DNA of 64,000 nucleotides from Flectonema sp. DT1601 (Eukaryota). Where the stretch lies: NCBI GenBank assembly GCA_964019425.1, contig OZ025797.1, positions 1,116,001-1,180,000 on the forward strand, written 5' to 3'. The position numbers and the translations under genes were made by a program. Under the pieces are notes generated by a model. It was given only the letters and a program-made list of their open reading frames with translations. It was not told the origin of the DNA and ran no database searches. This document shows positions 49,512 to 61,771 of the stretch, piece by piece (the stretch's first letter is position 1; each line of letters begins with the position of its first letter).

Positions 49512-51158
49512 CTACTTCAACTTACACTTTGCAGAGAACACGGCTTGTTTGCTAGTGGTGTACATGTTACCTTCGGACGAACGCTGCATTTTGTGCGACA
49601 TTTCCGAGGTCAGCATCTTCTTTCGACCAATACCTGCCCACGTTGACGGCTGGTAAGACACTGCCATGTCTTCCAATTCAGCACAGTAGTTGGCCGTCTT
49701 GGGAGTCGTGCGGGATGCGGATGTCATGACTTTCTTTTTACACTCAGCGATGGTGTCGCGGGATTTGACCCAGTCACCACAATCCGCAAGTTTGGTGGCA
49801 TCTTCCATGGCTTCAATTACCATCAGTCGATTTCTCTGAATGTCAACACTTTCGTTAGGAACGGCAGCCCTTGTTTGTTCTTCAGTCTTTTCAACTCTAT
49901 TAATAAACACCTTGCAAACACTAGTCTTTACCTCCCCACTTGGAAGGGTGTATGATATTGTCAGCTCTGCTACTTCGACCTTTGAAGCTGGCCCCTGCAC
50001 TGCTGGAAGGCTGATCGAAAAAACAAAGTCGCGCTCCTCTTCCGAATAGATGTCTTTCATTTTAAAACAGTTTTGATCCGATCCTTTGTGACTGAGGCAC
50101 TTTGTTATCTCGACTCCAGTGGCTGGTACGACAGAGAGGCTTAAATTCGAAGCTGCAACAGTGAGTAGACCACCTAGACATTCAGCAAATGCAACGGGAA
50201 TGTCGTCAGGCTGTGAAACGAAAGTATAAAGACCAGAACCGGCCTCAGCTATTGACCTAAGCATGGTTTCATTGTGCTGCCCAAATCCAAATGTGTAGAC
50301 TAAGCAGTTTTCGTTTTTGTCTAGTATGCCATGCATCTGCTGAACAATAGCATCCGTGTTTACGATGCCTTCGTTAGCATGACCGTCTGTGAATAACATA
50401 ACAGTCTTCATGCCAACTCCATTCTCTACTGGCAGCTCAGGTGCTGTGGGAGTATATTGATTAATGTTATCATCTTCCGTTGGACCACTTGGCTTTGATT
50501 CACAATCGGTTTTCTCTGAAGACTCGCTTTTTTCAGGCACAATCGGGTCACTATGGCTTGCCAGTACTGGTGCCGTTGCTGGAACCGGTGCTGGAACTGG
50601 TGCCGGGACTGGTACCGTTGCCGGCTGTGGATGCTGCTGTTGTTCTTTGTTTGCGACAATGCTCCGCAATTCAGCTAAATTTTTCAGACCTCTAATGAAG
50701 TGAGGTTGTTTCACACTCGACATCTTATATTTCGGTATTTGAACAGCCTCACCGCACACCTCGCGCATGCCATTTAGAAGCCCGCCAGAGAGGTTAGTCG
50801 CTCCACCAGGTCGCAGTGTTGCAACAGCAGTAAGTGCCTCCTTTTGATTTTCTGAAGACATTGGCAGCATCGGTAGTACCCGAGAAACTTGTTGATCATA
50901 TGCAACAACACCAAACTTATCGCAATCAGACAACTCACGAATCATAAACTCCAATGCTTCAATCACCAGTGACAGCTTCTGACCCCTCATTGAACCGGAC
51001 CTGTCAATTACGGCGCATATTTCTACCGGAGCTCGATCACATTTCCGCTGCTGAGCTGCCTCAACTACTGATTGTACGTTTCCCAGCATTAGCAATTCGG
51101 TTTTACCAAGACCTGCCTCTTCGAATTCGGTTACGCCGCTTAGTGTGATCGCCGTCAT
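49512..51158 (-). CDS. von Willebrand factor A domain protein
   Basis: MIDAS VIDRSGSM, GGATNLSGGL, LFTDGHAN, YTFGFG, IAEAGSGLY, FAECLGGL. Pro-rich insertion inside the domain. Start taken at first ATG. Confidence 0.88.
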   Translation of the reverse strand: MTAITLSGVTEFEEAGLGKTELLMLGNVQSVVEAAQQRKCDRAPVEICAVIDRSGSMRGQKLSLVIEALEFMIRELSDCDKFGVVAYDQQVSRVLPMLPMSSENQKEALTAVATLRPGGATNLSGGLLNGMREVCGEAVQIPKYKMSSVKQPHFIRGLKNLAELRSIVANKEQQQHPQPATVPVPAPVPAPVPATAPVLASHSDPIVPEKSESSEKTDCESKPSGPTEDDNINQYTPTAPELPVENGVGMKTVMLFTDGHANEGIVNTDAIVQQMHGILDKNENCLVYTFGFGQHNETMLRSIAEAGSGLYTFVSQPDDIPVAFAECLGGLLTVAASNLSLSVVPATGVEITKCLSHKGSDQNCFKMKDIYSEEERDFVFSISLPAVQGPASKVEVAELTISYTLPSGEVKTSVCKVFINRVEKTEEQTRAAVPNESVDIQRNRLMVIEAMEDATKLADCGDWVKSRDTIAECKKKVMTSASRTTPKTANYCAELEDMAVSYQPSTWAGIGRKKMLTSEMSHKMQRSSEGNMYTTSKQAVFSAKCKLK

Positions 51159-51813
51159 ATTTTCCAAAAAAAGGCCTGAAGGAAACTAATTATACAACAA
51201 ACTGCATCAAATAAGACCATTTTAGTTAGCGCATCGCCTTGCAAATCTGCAACGAAAACATCTCAACGGAGACGGTTCTCCTTCGCGGAGTACTGCTCTA
51301 AAACAAAATAATGTTTTCTTTTCTTTTTTTCTTTTTTTTTCGAAAGAAATTCCACACGTTTTTTTGAAGCAAAAAACAAAACAAAAAACTCATTTTAGCA
51401 GGTAATGTATGAAATTATTTAATAAGTTAACAACAAACTAAAGGTCAAATCACACCTGGTGCACCTGCGATTATATCGCGAAAATGTTTCCCACTCATGA
51501 AAACCCTGAAGCTGTAGCACGCGAGTTAGAACGAGGAGATTTGGTAAGGAAGAAACCGCTTTTTAGTAACATCAGAAACGTTTACCATAAAAGCTAGGGC
51601 AGCGATACCAACTTCGATCAGAATCGATCGAGGGTCCAATCAGGACTGAATAAGATGAGACAGCATTTAGCCTTTTTCAGTTCCCAGAACTGATAGAAAA
51701 CACAACTATGGAATTCGCCTACGCTGAATTCACTTGGAAAATAAACAAATGATACTGCAAAAATGAATAATCCTTGTGGGTAATTATTCTTGTGAGGAAA
51801 GTTTCTAAAGAAC

Positions 51814-52848
51814 TTACATTACATTACAGTATGTGTGGATGCCGGAGCTCGGCTTCCACCCCGTCTTTTCTGTGATTTTGTCGATCAACTCGTCAGCAGT
51901 AAGCTTTGGGGATCCCTTCTTTTCCTGCTCAGCTTCATTTATCAATTTAACTAAAGTTTGATTGACAGGCGTGTCATCAGACAGCCTGGTGAGGTATCCG
52001 TTGAGGTACTTAATTTCGGTAGTGCGGAGGGCAGTAAGATCCTCTTTCATGGAAGAGCCAGCTCTGATGTCTACAGAAACCATATTTTTGGCTAATCTAT
52101 TAAATACGAAATCAGGAAACTCAAGGAAAAATGGAAGCAGACCAGGTGGCATCGGCGTCAGCTTAGCGGGTACGACTCCTTGTGACGCTGTAATTTTCAG
52201 TCCTTCTCTCATAGCACCGGCCCAAATTTGACGAAATTTCTGCTGCTTGATTTGTGTCGCCAATGGAATACCCGCGAGGGCGTTAACTGAATTGTTGGTA
52301 TTGATGAGAAGCTTTGCCCACATGACTTCCAACATATCATCACGTGCGGCGGACCCAAGACCCGCCCTGCGAAGAGTTGATGCAACCGTTTCCGTTGTAG
52401 GTGTTCTCTCCATGTAAACATCACCCGAAGTAGTTTTGACGAGGTTAAAAGGATCCAATTGAATAACATTAAAACCAACCATACCAGCGTGCACAACGTG
52501 GCTTGGAAATTTCTTCTTCAGCAGGTTTACTGCGTCGAGTCCATTGCACAGTGATACAATTGGGATGTGTTCCCCAATGGTGACCGTCAAGTCTTCTATA
52601 AACCCTGTTTTCAGCGCCACGAGCATCACGTCAACCTCTAAGCTGCTGAAATCCTCCGTTGACAGTCTGTAATCACACTCAAATGGCTTTCCTTCCACTT
52701 GTATGGCTCCAGCCTCTTTGATAGACTTTAGCATCCTTTCCCTTCCAATAAAAATGACATCAAGACCATGAAGGCGGAGTGACCCACCAATATACAAACC
52801 AATCAGTCCTGCACCAAGAATCCCAACACGGAGGGGTTGATCTGACAT
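51814..52848 (-). CDS. panE: 2-dehydropantoate 2-reductase (ketopantoate reductase)
   Basis: GILGAGLIG Rossmann motif, LVALK, SLCNG, WAKLLIN, SSMKEDL...TEIKYLNG. ATG at 52848. Confidence 0.88.
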   Translation of the reverse strand: MSDQPLRVGILGAGLIGLYIGGSLRLHGLDVIFIGRERMLKSIKEAGAIQVEGKPFECDYRLSTEDFSSLEVDVMLVALKTGFIEDLTVTIGEHIPIVSLCNGLDAVNLLKKKFPSHVVHAGMVGFNVIQLDPFNLVKTTSGDVYMERTPTTETVASTLRRAGLGSAARDDMLEVMWAKLLINTNNSVNALAGIPLATQIKQQKFRQIWAGAMREGLKITASQGVVPAKLTPMPPGLLPFFLEFPDFVFNRLAKNMVSVDIRAGSSMKEDLTALRTTEIKYLNGYLTRLSDDTPVNQTLVKLINEAEQEKKGSPKLTADELIDKITEKTGWKPSSGIHTYCNVM

Positions 52849-53149
52849 AATATGATTTGCAAAATACTGAAGGGAATTGAGTAACACTTCGCCAAGCAAT
52901 CTGCTAACCGAGCAAAAAAAGGATACTGTAAAAAGAAATATTCAAGTGAGAAAGATTAATTCCTTACTATAACTTCTAATTCAAAAAAAAGTAATTTCGA
53001 TAATATCTTTCAGCTATCCAGTCATGTGATCGTAGCGGGTCCCATCTACAGATTCATGCCCATATTTCGCTTTGCAGTAGATATAGCGTTGGAAACTAAA
53101 CGGAAATAAGGAATTCCTCATCACCACGGTACCTTCCGTATTGATCAAT

Positions 53150-54850
53150 TACCATATTCTTAGCCTTTGCCTTTGAGACACCTTTTGCCTTAATCTCCAT
53201 ATGTTCAGCTGTTGTGTATGCATATGTTTTAGCCTTCAATGCAACGACTCGGTGATAAGTTCACTATGGTTTCGGCGTTTCCGATGTGTTGAGACCATTG
53301 GACGGCCTGAAAGGATCTTCCCTTCGCCCCTTCGGGACATCCCACCAGTCTACAACTATTTCCTTCGCAGAAATGGAAATAAAATTCTGCTTCCCCAGTT
53401 TCCATACTTCTCCCCATCTTGCTGCCGTCTTCCACGCGATCAGTAAACCAGTCCTTAGGTTCACATCTTGTCTCATCGACCATGCAATCAAGCTGGGGCG
53501 ATCTATTGGTTTTGCTTGTTCCAACGGAATCACCTCCCAACTCCATCAATTTCGATAGAATTTCGCGGCTCCAACACCGCTTTACTTGCAACAAGGGGCT
53601 GGCCTCGGTTCACTTTTGACCTTTGCCAGCCCCCCCAACGTTTCCCTGATATCCATTACTAAAATTACTTCTATTCCTGAAATTATTTTGCGGATTCCAA
53701 CTCCCCAAGCTTCTCCCCTTTCCTCCTTTTCCGCCCCTTTCGCTCTTCGCCTTCTTTTCTGCCTCGATTTCTGCCAGTTTTACTGCCTTGTCGAATGTCT
53801 TTCCTGACTTGACAAGTTGTTCAATTACATCTGCGCCGATTCGCTTCGTTAAATATTCCCATTTCAAAATGAGACATTCTAGCGATTTATTCATACTACG
53901 GATCAGCGGCTTTGAATGTATCCAATCCGTCGATGTCTCTGACATCGCTTGGATGTTGTCTCTTACAACACCGAATGCGTGTTTTACTTCACGCACCTCC
54001 CTCGTTTCCAGCTTTCCGCTGTGTGCCGCCCACTATTTACTGTCGAGCTTGGCTATTAACCTATCGGCATCGCCTCGTGCCAATATCTCCCTCCATTGCA
54101 ACACGTTTGTTGCGTCTGCAGCCAGTTCGACTCGATGTTTTCTGGCGTGAACGGACATACCTCCCCTCCTGTTTTCTTCCTCAACATATCGTCCCTCTGC
54201 TGGATCTGCACCTGACACATTTGCTGGTTCTGTGCCGGCAATGTTAACACACTCTGTAATGTGTCTCCGACCTGCGGTATGTGTTGCTGTGTTACTATTT
54301 GCGGTTGCGGTACTTGCGTTTGCGATAACGTAGTTGCTAATCTTAGTTCCATTTCTTCTACTTTGCGATTCATCATATCGAACTTTGAGATATTCTCACT
54401 TTCCACACGTTGTGCCCACATATTCCAATACACATCTTTTGATATTACATGTGCATATTCGAATCCGACATGCGGAAAATCAAATGTTTCGTCAGCACCA
54501 ATATGCTGATATACCCCCTGTAACAAGCTAGTTTTTCTAGACAATGTTACTTTTACTTTTCTAATACCCCCCAAAATTTCCCTAGAGAGTAAACCGCAAT
54601 ACCATACCCATTTAGATTCGCCTTCGCGTCTCATCATATATACCGCATCACTTCCGATTAATGCTGACGCATTTTCCGTCATCATCTCTACTGACATTTT
54701 CCTGCTCGGGTCCCAAAAAGTCCCCGCTTCCCCTATCGTGGCTCTTGGCGACTGAGCCCTTGCATTTCTCATCTCCTCCATAGTCACTGAGTCCGGGTCG
54801 ATAGCCGCCTCGACATGCGGGATCTCAACAATAGGTGGTGTGGAAGTCAT
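53150..54850 (-). mobile_element. Internally deleted TATE/DIRS-like tyrosine-recombinase element remnant
   Basis: 53264-53533 encodes IPLEQAKPI...LIAWKTAARWGEV..L...IVVDW...KG...DPFRPS, resembling the N-terminal catalytic part of TATE-type recombinases. Upstream frameshifted gag-like ORFs 54056-54850 and 53610-53996. No RT visible. Confidence 0.6.
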
Positions 54851-55289
54851 TTTATCAAAAAAGATTAAAGTTTAAGTAAGTTCAATGAGGATTAAGCAAA
54901 ATTTGCTAAGGAAAGGAATTAATGTTTTAATTAATAATGTACTGATACAGAATAACATCTCAAACATAGCGATCACTTATGCAACGAGAGCTAAAAGATC
55001 GATATAGACATTTCTAATCCAAAGACTAGGGTGCAGAGTGCATTTCAGCTAAGGGAGGACCTTTTTCATTTTTCCGTTCCGTTAGGACAGAAAAGTAATA
55101 AGTATAGAATAATTTTCGACGTACCAAAAATAAAAAATTATAAAAGATTAAACAAGGTTATCATTGCTTTTTTTTTTTATCGATCGACTTTGTCGACTAA
55201 TTTCTATTTTCCGTCCTGGTCAAGACGCTAAACTGATTGTTTTTTTTTAAAAAAATTAATAAAATGAGGCGATTGGCAGGTGGAGGTGT

Positions 55290-55580
55290 TCACGATTTTT
55301 CACTTTGCTACACGAAAATTCACGATTTTTCACGATTTTTCACGATTTTTCACAATTTTTCACTTAATTTTTTGCTGCTTTCTGGTAGTGAAATCCCGTG
55401 AAAATGTGTGAAAATGTGTGAAAATGTGTGAATTCTAGTGAAAAAAGTGAGTGATATCCAGATGGTACCGTTGCATACTTGTGCAAAAAGCTAAAGCTAA
55501 AGCTAAGCTTTTTAGAGCTAAGCTAAAGCTATTTAGCTTTTTTTAGCTTTTTTTAGCTTTTTTTTAGCTTTTTTGAAAAA
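55290..55580. repeat. Short tandem/inverted repeats (TTCACGATTT vs GTGAAAATGT; AAAGCT vs AGCTTT)
   Basis: 10-bp units 55310-55365 with an inverted counterpart at 55398-55445; AAGCTA/TAGCTT arrays 55487-55575. Resembles DNA-transposon subterminal repeats. Confidence 0.6.
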
Positions 55581-56059
55581 AAAATTTCAAACAAAAAATA
55601 CCTCATTTTTGGACATTTTTGGTATTTTTTTGGAATTTTTTTAGAAAAAAAATGGAAAGTTGTTGAAAATAAAGCAGTGGAAAATTGAGAAACTGGCACT
55701 GTGGAGCTTGAAAGCATTTTTTTTGAATTTTTTGAAAAAAAATTTATTCTCTCAGAATGTAAAAAAAAAAAAAAAAAATTACTTGAAGGGGTGTAAAAAA
55801 AATTTTTTTTAATTAAAAAAGCTAGTAACCAGTCTTGTTTGGGTTTTTTTGGGGTCTTTTGGTATATTAGCAGCTAAATCTGTGAACAGAGCAAGGATAT
55901 AAGGCAAGAGGTGTCAAAACTGCATAAATCCAAATTTCCCCTCCTTAATTTACCCCCCCCAGGTTCTTAAAAAATGTCTTACAAAGTTCCCTGTCAAACT
56001 ACAGTAACTTAACCTGTTGCAATGTGTTTTTTTTCTCCTTTCAGATCCATCTCTCCTAC

Positions 56060-57645
56060 AATGAATGCTCTTGAAACTCCACTTGAGGCTGCTGAGCTGC
56101 AGCAACTTGCATGTGACTTGCAAGTCGATGATCGAATCGTTCTGCGATTCAAGAAAGAGGCAGCGAAGAAGATAGTGGAATGGAGAGGCTATGTGCAAGT
56201 AGCCCGAGGATCAGGTGATAACAGGCATGTTGGTATCATGTATCGCCAAGATCCTGCCACTATCCTTCGATTTCCACCCTCTGATGCTGATTTGGCATCA
56301 AATCCCTATCACTCAGTCACAGTGTACAGGGGGAATCTCTCTCACTTTCGACATCTTAGTCACTCAGCTAAGAAAGAAGGTAGTGGGGATGTAGAAAACT
56401 TAGTTGGAAACTGGCAAAAGGAGCAGTCATCATTCAGTAACATTTCTACTGACGATGGTATAACTGCAGTAGAAAAGTTGCAAGACCACCATCTTGTAGC
56501 CCAACAAAGCTACAGGGACTCTGAGTTCCAGGCATTCCAGTGCAATGCATGAAGAGCAGTTGCTGCTGCAGGAAGAGCATGAAGCAGTAACGCAGAAACT
56601 GCAGGAGTCAAACACTGCTGCTGAGAAGGAATTACTTGCAAGATGAGTGCAGTGCCCTAAAGAAACAACATTCTTCCCTAGCAGAAGGGATTCAACTGCA
56701 GGTAGCACAAATTACACACGCAACTCTAGCAAATGTGTTGCAGACAGGCAGCTCAGAGAAAGTTACAGAGTTGGAAACAAGGGTTCTAGAGATTGAGAAC
56801 GAGAAGCGGTTACTTGAATCCGAACATGGGGAGATGGAAAATGAAGTGAAGCGACTAAAAGCAGAGGTAGATGATGCAGAACAGAAGTGCAGAGATGCAA
56901 CTGAGGTGTGGAATGCAAAGGAGGAGAGGATTCGCAATATCCTTGATAGTAAGCCGAAGGAGAGCATGCCTGAAGTACTTCCCAAGATACCAGCTGCGCC
57001 AATTCCACAGGAAGCTAAGGAGGGGATTGGAGGTTGGGACAACACAGGCTGACCGACCACTCTTTGGTGAGGGTGGTTGGTTTGTTGATAATGGGGATAG
57101 GGGCAAGTGCAACATTTGCGGTGAGATTAGGATGAAGAATGGAGGCTCAGGGAAGAAAAACGCTGGAACAAGTAACCTGCGGGCACACTTGCGTTGTCAT
57201 CACAACCTCCCAGGAAGCGGGAAGCCTAAGGAGTTGGGGGTAACACATGGCACTTCCACCACTGATCTGTGTGTTTTAAAAGACTTGGTATGTAAATGTA
57301 AACCATTGAATTTCTTTAGAAACATCAAGTGTTTGTACAATGTCTCACACCAACAGAGCATGATGGACAAAATAGCTGTGTTCTTCTGCCAAAATAAGAT
57401 AGCCCTGCAAGTGGTTGAAGATCCAACTTTCACTGGCATTACGTCTGCACCTGCAGGTGTTACGCGAAGGAGTCTGCTTGCCCACATTGAGAAGCTTGGG
57501 AATACCTGCCGTCAGAAGTTGCTTAAGCGGTTTGAAGGCGATGATGTTACAATTATGTTTGATGGGGCGACACTACCTGGAAAGCGACGAGTGCTGAACT
57601 TCAGTATTCACAATGGCCATATGGCCCTGTTTTTTAGAAGTGTGA
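56060..57645 (+). pseudogene. Disrupted hAT-like transposase (coiled coil, BED zinc finger, first catalytic Asp), truncated by the palindrome
   Basis: KCNICG...GTSNLRAHLRCHH (BED), IALQVVEDPTF, TRRSL, VTIMFDGAT..RRVLNF..FFRSV. Probable 69-nt GT-AG intron 57288-57356. Stops/frameshifts upstream. Confidence 0.7.
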
Positions 57646-58320
57646 ATTCGATAGAGTGGGAAGTAACGGACTGGGAGCTTTTGGCTCCTGCCCTATTCCC
57701 GATGTAAACTTTCTTTTTATTTTTTTTTATTTTTTAACAGGCCCAGAGGGCGACAATGACTGTTGCTGACCAAGGAATAATATTCAAATGAATTTTCGTT
57801 TCAAAGAAACGAACAGAATTAAGAGAGAGGCAGAGAAAAAAAAAAAAAAAGAAAGAAAAGAAAAAAAAATATGAAGAGGAAATAATCAAACATGAAAAAA
57901 ATAAAAATAAAATAAAATATAAATAAAAAACGTTGTATGAAAAAGGAAAAAAAAGAAAAAAAAAAAAAAAGACCAGAAAAGGAAAGAGAAAATGAAAAGG
58001 AATAATATTATTGTGGGGATATGAGGATAGCAGGGAGATGCTCTTTTTTTTTTTTTTTTTTTTTTTTTTATTTATTATTTAAAAAAAGGAAACAATCAGT
58101 TTAGCGTCTCGATCGGGACGGAAAATAGAAATTAATCGACATAGTCGATCGATAGAAAAAAAAACAATGATAACATTGTTTATTCTTTTTTTTTTTTTTT
58201 TTTTTTTTTAAATCCTTTTAATTATTTTTACTTTTTCTATCGATCGACTATGTCGATTAATTTCTATTTTCCGTCCCGATCGAGACGCTAAACTGATTGT
58301 TTCCTTTTTTTAAATAATAA

Positions 58321-58358
<38 letters not shown>

Positions 58359-58760
58359 ATCTCCCTGCTATCCTCATATCCCCACAATAATATTATACCT
58401 TTTCATTTTCTCTTTCCTTTTCTGGTCTTTTTTTTTTTTTCTTTTTTTTCCTTTTTCATACAACGTTTTTTATTTATATTTTATTTTTTTTTTTTTATTT
58501 TTTTCATGTTTGATTATTTCCTCTTCATATTTTTTTTTTCTTTTCTTTCTTTTTTTTTTTTTTTTCTCTGCCTCTCTCTTAATTCTGTTCGTTTCTTTGA
58601 AACGAAAATTCATTTGAATATTATTCCTTGGTCAGCAACAGTCATTGTCGCCCTCTGGGCCTGTTAAAAAAAAAAAAAAAAAATAAAAAGAAAGTTTACA
58701 TCGGGAATAGGGCAGGAGCCAAAAGCTCCCAGTCCGTTACTTCCCACTCTATCGAATTCA
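57643..58760. repeat. ~1.1-kb near-perfect inverted repeat (arms ~515 bp, spacer ~70 bp)
   Basis: tgaattcgatagagtgggaagtaacggactggg... (57643) mirrors ...cccagtccgttacttcccactctatcgaattca (58760). Arms stay complementary to ~58160/58232. Confidence 0.92.
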
Positions 58761-58794
58761 GCCTTTTTTATATTCTTTTTTATTAATTTTGAAA

Positions 58795-59295
58795 AAAAAA
58801 ACAATCAGTTTAGCGTCTTGACCAGGACGGAAAATAGAAAGTGATCGACATAGTCGATCGATAAAAAAACAATGATAACATTGTTTATTCTTTTTTTTTT
58901 ATTTTTTTTTTTTAATATTTTTTTATTTTGAAAAAAAAAAAAAAAACAATCAGTTTAGCGTCTTGACCAGGACGGAAAATAGAAAGTAATCGACATAGTC
59001 GATCGATAAAAAAAACAATGATAACATTGTTTATTCTTTTTTTTTATTTTAAATTCTTTTTATTTATTTTTTAAAGAAAAAAACGGAAAATAGAAATTAG
59101 TCGACAAAGTCGAACGATAAAAAAAAAAAAAAAAAACATTGATAACATTGTTTATTCTTTTTTTTTTTTTTTTTTTTTTTTTTATATTCTTTTTTATTAA
59201 TTTTCAGTTTAGCGTCTTGACCAGGACGGAAAATAGAAAGTGATCGACATAGTCGATCGATAAAAAAACAATGATAACATTGTTTATTCTTTTTT
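58795..59295. repeat. Tandem copies of a ~90-bp module (aatcagtttagcgtcttgaccaggacggaaaatagaaa..gtcgatcgataaaaaaacaatgataacattgtttattc)
   Basis: Copies at ~58803, ~58948, ~59083 (partial), ~59205; also in the palindrome core and inverted at ~55160-55245. Confidence 0.85.
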
Positions 59296-59304
59296 GGGTT
59301 ATAG

Positions 59305-59473
59305 CCCAAAATACCCCACCTGGTGGCCCAAAATACCCCAAAGTGGCCCAAAATACCCCAAAGTGGCCCAAAATACCCCAAAGTGGCCCAAAATACCCCA
59401 AAGTGGCCCAAAATACCCCAAAGTGGCCCAAAATACCCCAAAATGGCCCAAAATACCCCGAAGTGGCCCAAAA
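59305..59473. repeat. 20-bp minisatellite (GTGGCCCAAAATACCCCAAA) x~8
   Basis: Directly visible. Confidence 0.92.
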
Positions 59474-59871
59474 CCTGGCCAAATTTACTGTCACACTTAG
59501 CCAGGGATAATTCTCAGTAAGGCCGCCGTCACCGTGAACAAACATAACCCAAGAAACAAGCAATTCTCCAATTTTCTTCATCTCACTCACTTCAGTCGGG
59601 ATTGTACACAAGCCAAGAAAATTACTCGAAAGTCGAGGCAGTTCGAACGTCAGCATTCACATTAGCAAGCAACCAGTCCTGAGTACTTAAAGAACCCAAT
59701 CATTACGTGCATCAGCCACAGAGGACACGGATCTGCTATGCAGGGAAGTGACTTGAACTCGTTCAACTAATTAATGTGTGCAGATATAAGCGCCGCGAAT
59801 TGACGGGTCTGAAGTTATGCTTTCCGAAGAGAGCAACCACCCACGCGAGTGTTATTTTGACGCCATAACCG

Positions 59872-61771
59872 GAATAAGAAATTTGGGAGAGGAATAGGGG
59901 CAGTGAACTTTTGATTCAGGCCCTTCCCAACGAACAGGACGAAGACTTCTAAAACCTGAGATGAACCAATTGAGTTGAAACAAACAAATAACAGAGACGC
60001 AACACATACCGGAACATCATCGCAAGCAATGCTTCGGACCTCCGTCGACCTTCGTTCTTCCGGCGGCAAAGGGAAACAAGAAAGAACGGGCAATGAGACA
60101 AACCTGTTAGTTGGTGTTGTGTTGTTGTTAAAAACAAAAACATAAACGCCAGGAAGTTCGACAACGAAGACATCGACATCGATCGCTGCTCTGCAGATGT
60201 CCGGCGGGTGTTTGTCTACACTGTGTTTATTGTTTGTTTTTTTCCCAAGGTTCAACCCTGGGAAGAGAAGTAAAAAATTCCGTCAGTGTCGGCCTTCCTG
60301 TTCGAAGGTGCGCACCAATGACGATAAATAGAGTGGGGGGGGGAGAAAACCTTTGATCCAACTGGATCCCTTCACGAGCTGACATTGCCATGTGAAGTTA
60401 AATATTCTGGCGATGCCAGCTCAGGCGACTTAGCCTGCTTTTTTCTTTAAATAAAAAAAATAAAAAGATACCAACAGGTGGGGTGATGGGTTGCGCCACT
60501 GCAATCCAGTCACAAAAAGAAACAAAGGTAATCTCCAGGGTTCTCGACCCTTGGCTCTCCCTGCGCAAGCATCGCATGGAGGGTGACGCTAAGCACCCGG
60601 GGGGTACGAAACAAACTTTCCCCCTGCTGTCCTGTTTGAAATAAAAAAAAAAAAAAAAAAACAAAGGGATAGAAGTAAACAGAATACATTACACCTCAAC
60701 AGGTGACGCTAAACACCCAGGGGATACAAACCAAACTTTCCCCCTGTTGCCCTGTTTGAAATAAATTAAAAAAAGAACAAGAAAACAGAATACAATACTC
60801 AGCAATCAGACTCGTTCACTCGCTTCGCCAGAGCCGTTCGAGCCGATGCTCATGTAAAGTTACCTGTTTTCTTTTAACAAATTAAATAAAATAAAATAAA
60901 AATAAAGTATACAAACCAAACTTTCCCTGGAATACAATACCTAACAATCAGTGCGTTCACTGGCCTTAGGGCTGTTCGGACTTATGCTTGGACTGTTCCC
61001 TTGCAGAAAAAAAAAGTAAAATAAACCAACTTTGGGACATTAGAAAAGCATAAAATAAAAGTTGCTACAACCAAAAGACAACTGCAAAAAATAAGGTTTT
61101 TGTAGGGGAGCTACAATGTAGCAATAATGTCACACAGTCATGTGGCAAGCTGAATAAGAAATTTGGGAGAGGAATAGGGGCAGTGAACTTTTGATTCAGG
61201 CCCTTCCCAACGAACAGGACGAAGACTTCTAAAACCTGAGATGAACCAATTGAGTTGAAACAAACAAATAACAGAGACGCAACACATACCGGAACATCAT
61301 CGCAAGCAATGCTTCGGACCTCCGTCGACCTTCGTTCTTCCGGCGGCAAAGGGAAACAAGAAAGAACGGGCAATGAGACAAACCTGTTAGTTGGTGTTGT
61401 GTTGTTGTTAAAAACAAAAACATAAACGCCAGGAAGTTCGACAACGAAGACATCGACATCGATCGCTGCTCTGCAGATGTCCGGCGGGTGTTTGTCTACA
61501 CTGTGTTTATTGTTTGTTTTTTTCCCAAGGTTCAACCCTGGGAAGAGAAGTAAAAAATTCCGTCAGTGTCGGCCTTCCTGTTCGAAGGTGCGCACCAATG
61601 ACGATAAATAGAGTGGGGGGGGGAGAAAACCTTTGATCCAACTGGATCCCTTCACGAGCTGACATTGCCATGTGAAGTTAAATATTCTGGCGATGCCAGC
61701 TCAGGCGACTTAGCCTGCTTTTTTCTTTAAATAAAAAAAATAAAAAGATACCAACAGGTGGGGTGATGGGT
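59872..61771. repeat. Pair of apparently identical 620-bp direct repeats (59872-60491 and 61152-61771)
   Basis: Offset 1280 bp; identical translated ORFs in both copies. Confidence 0.92.

Noticed and set aside
59097..59520. ORFs with GHFGVFWATLGYFGPLW / PKWPKIPQSG repeats
   Set aside because: Translations of the 20-bp minisatellite.
59872..61771. LTR retrotransposon/TRIM
   Set aside because: No TG..CA termini, PBS, PPT or TSD recognised.
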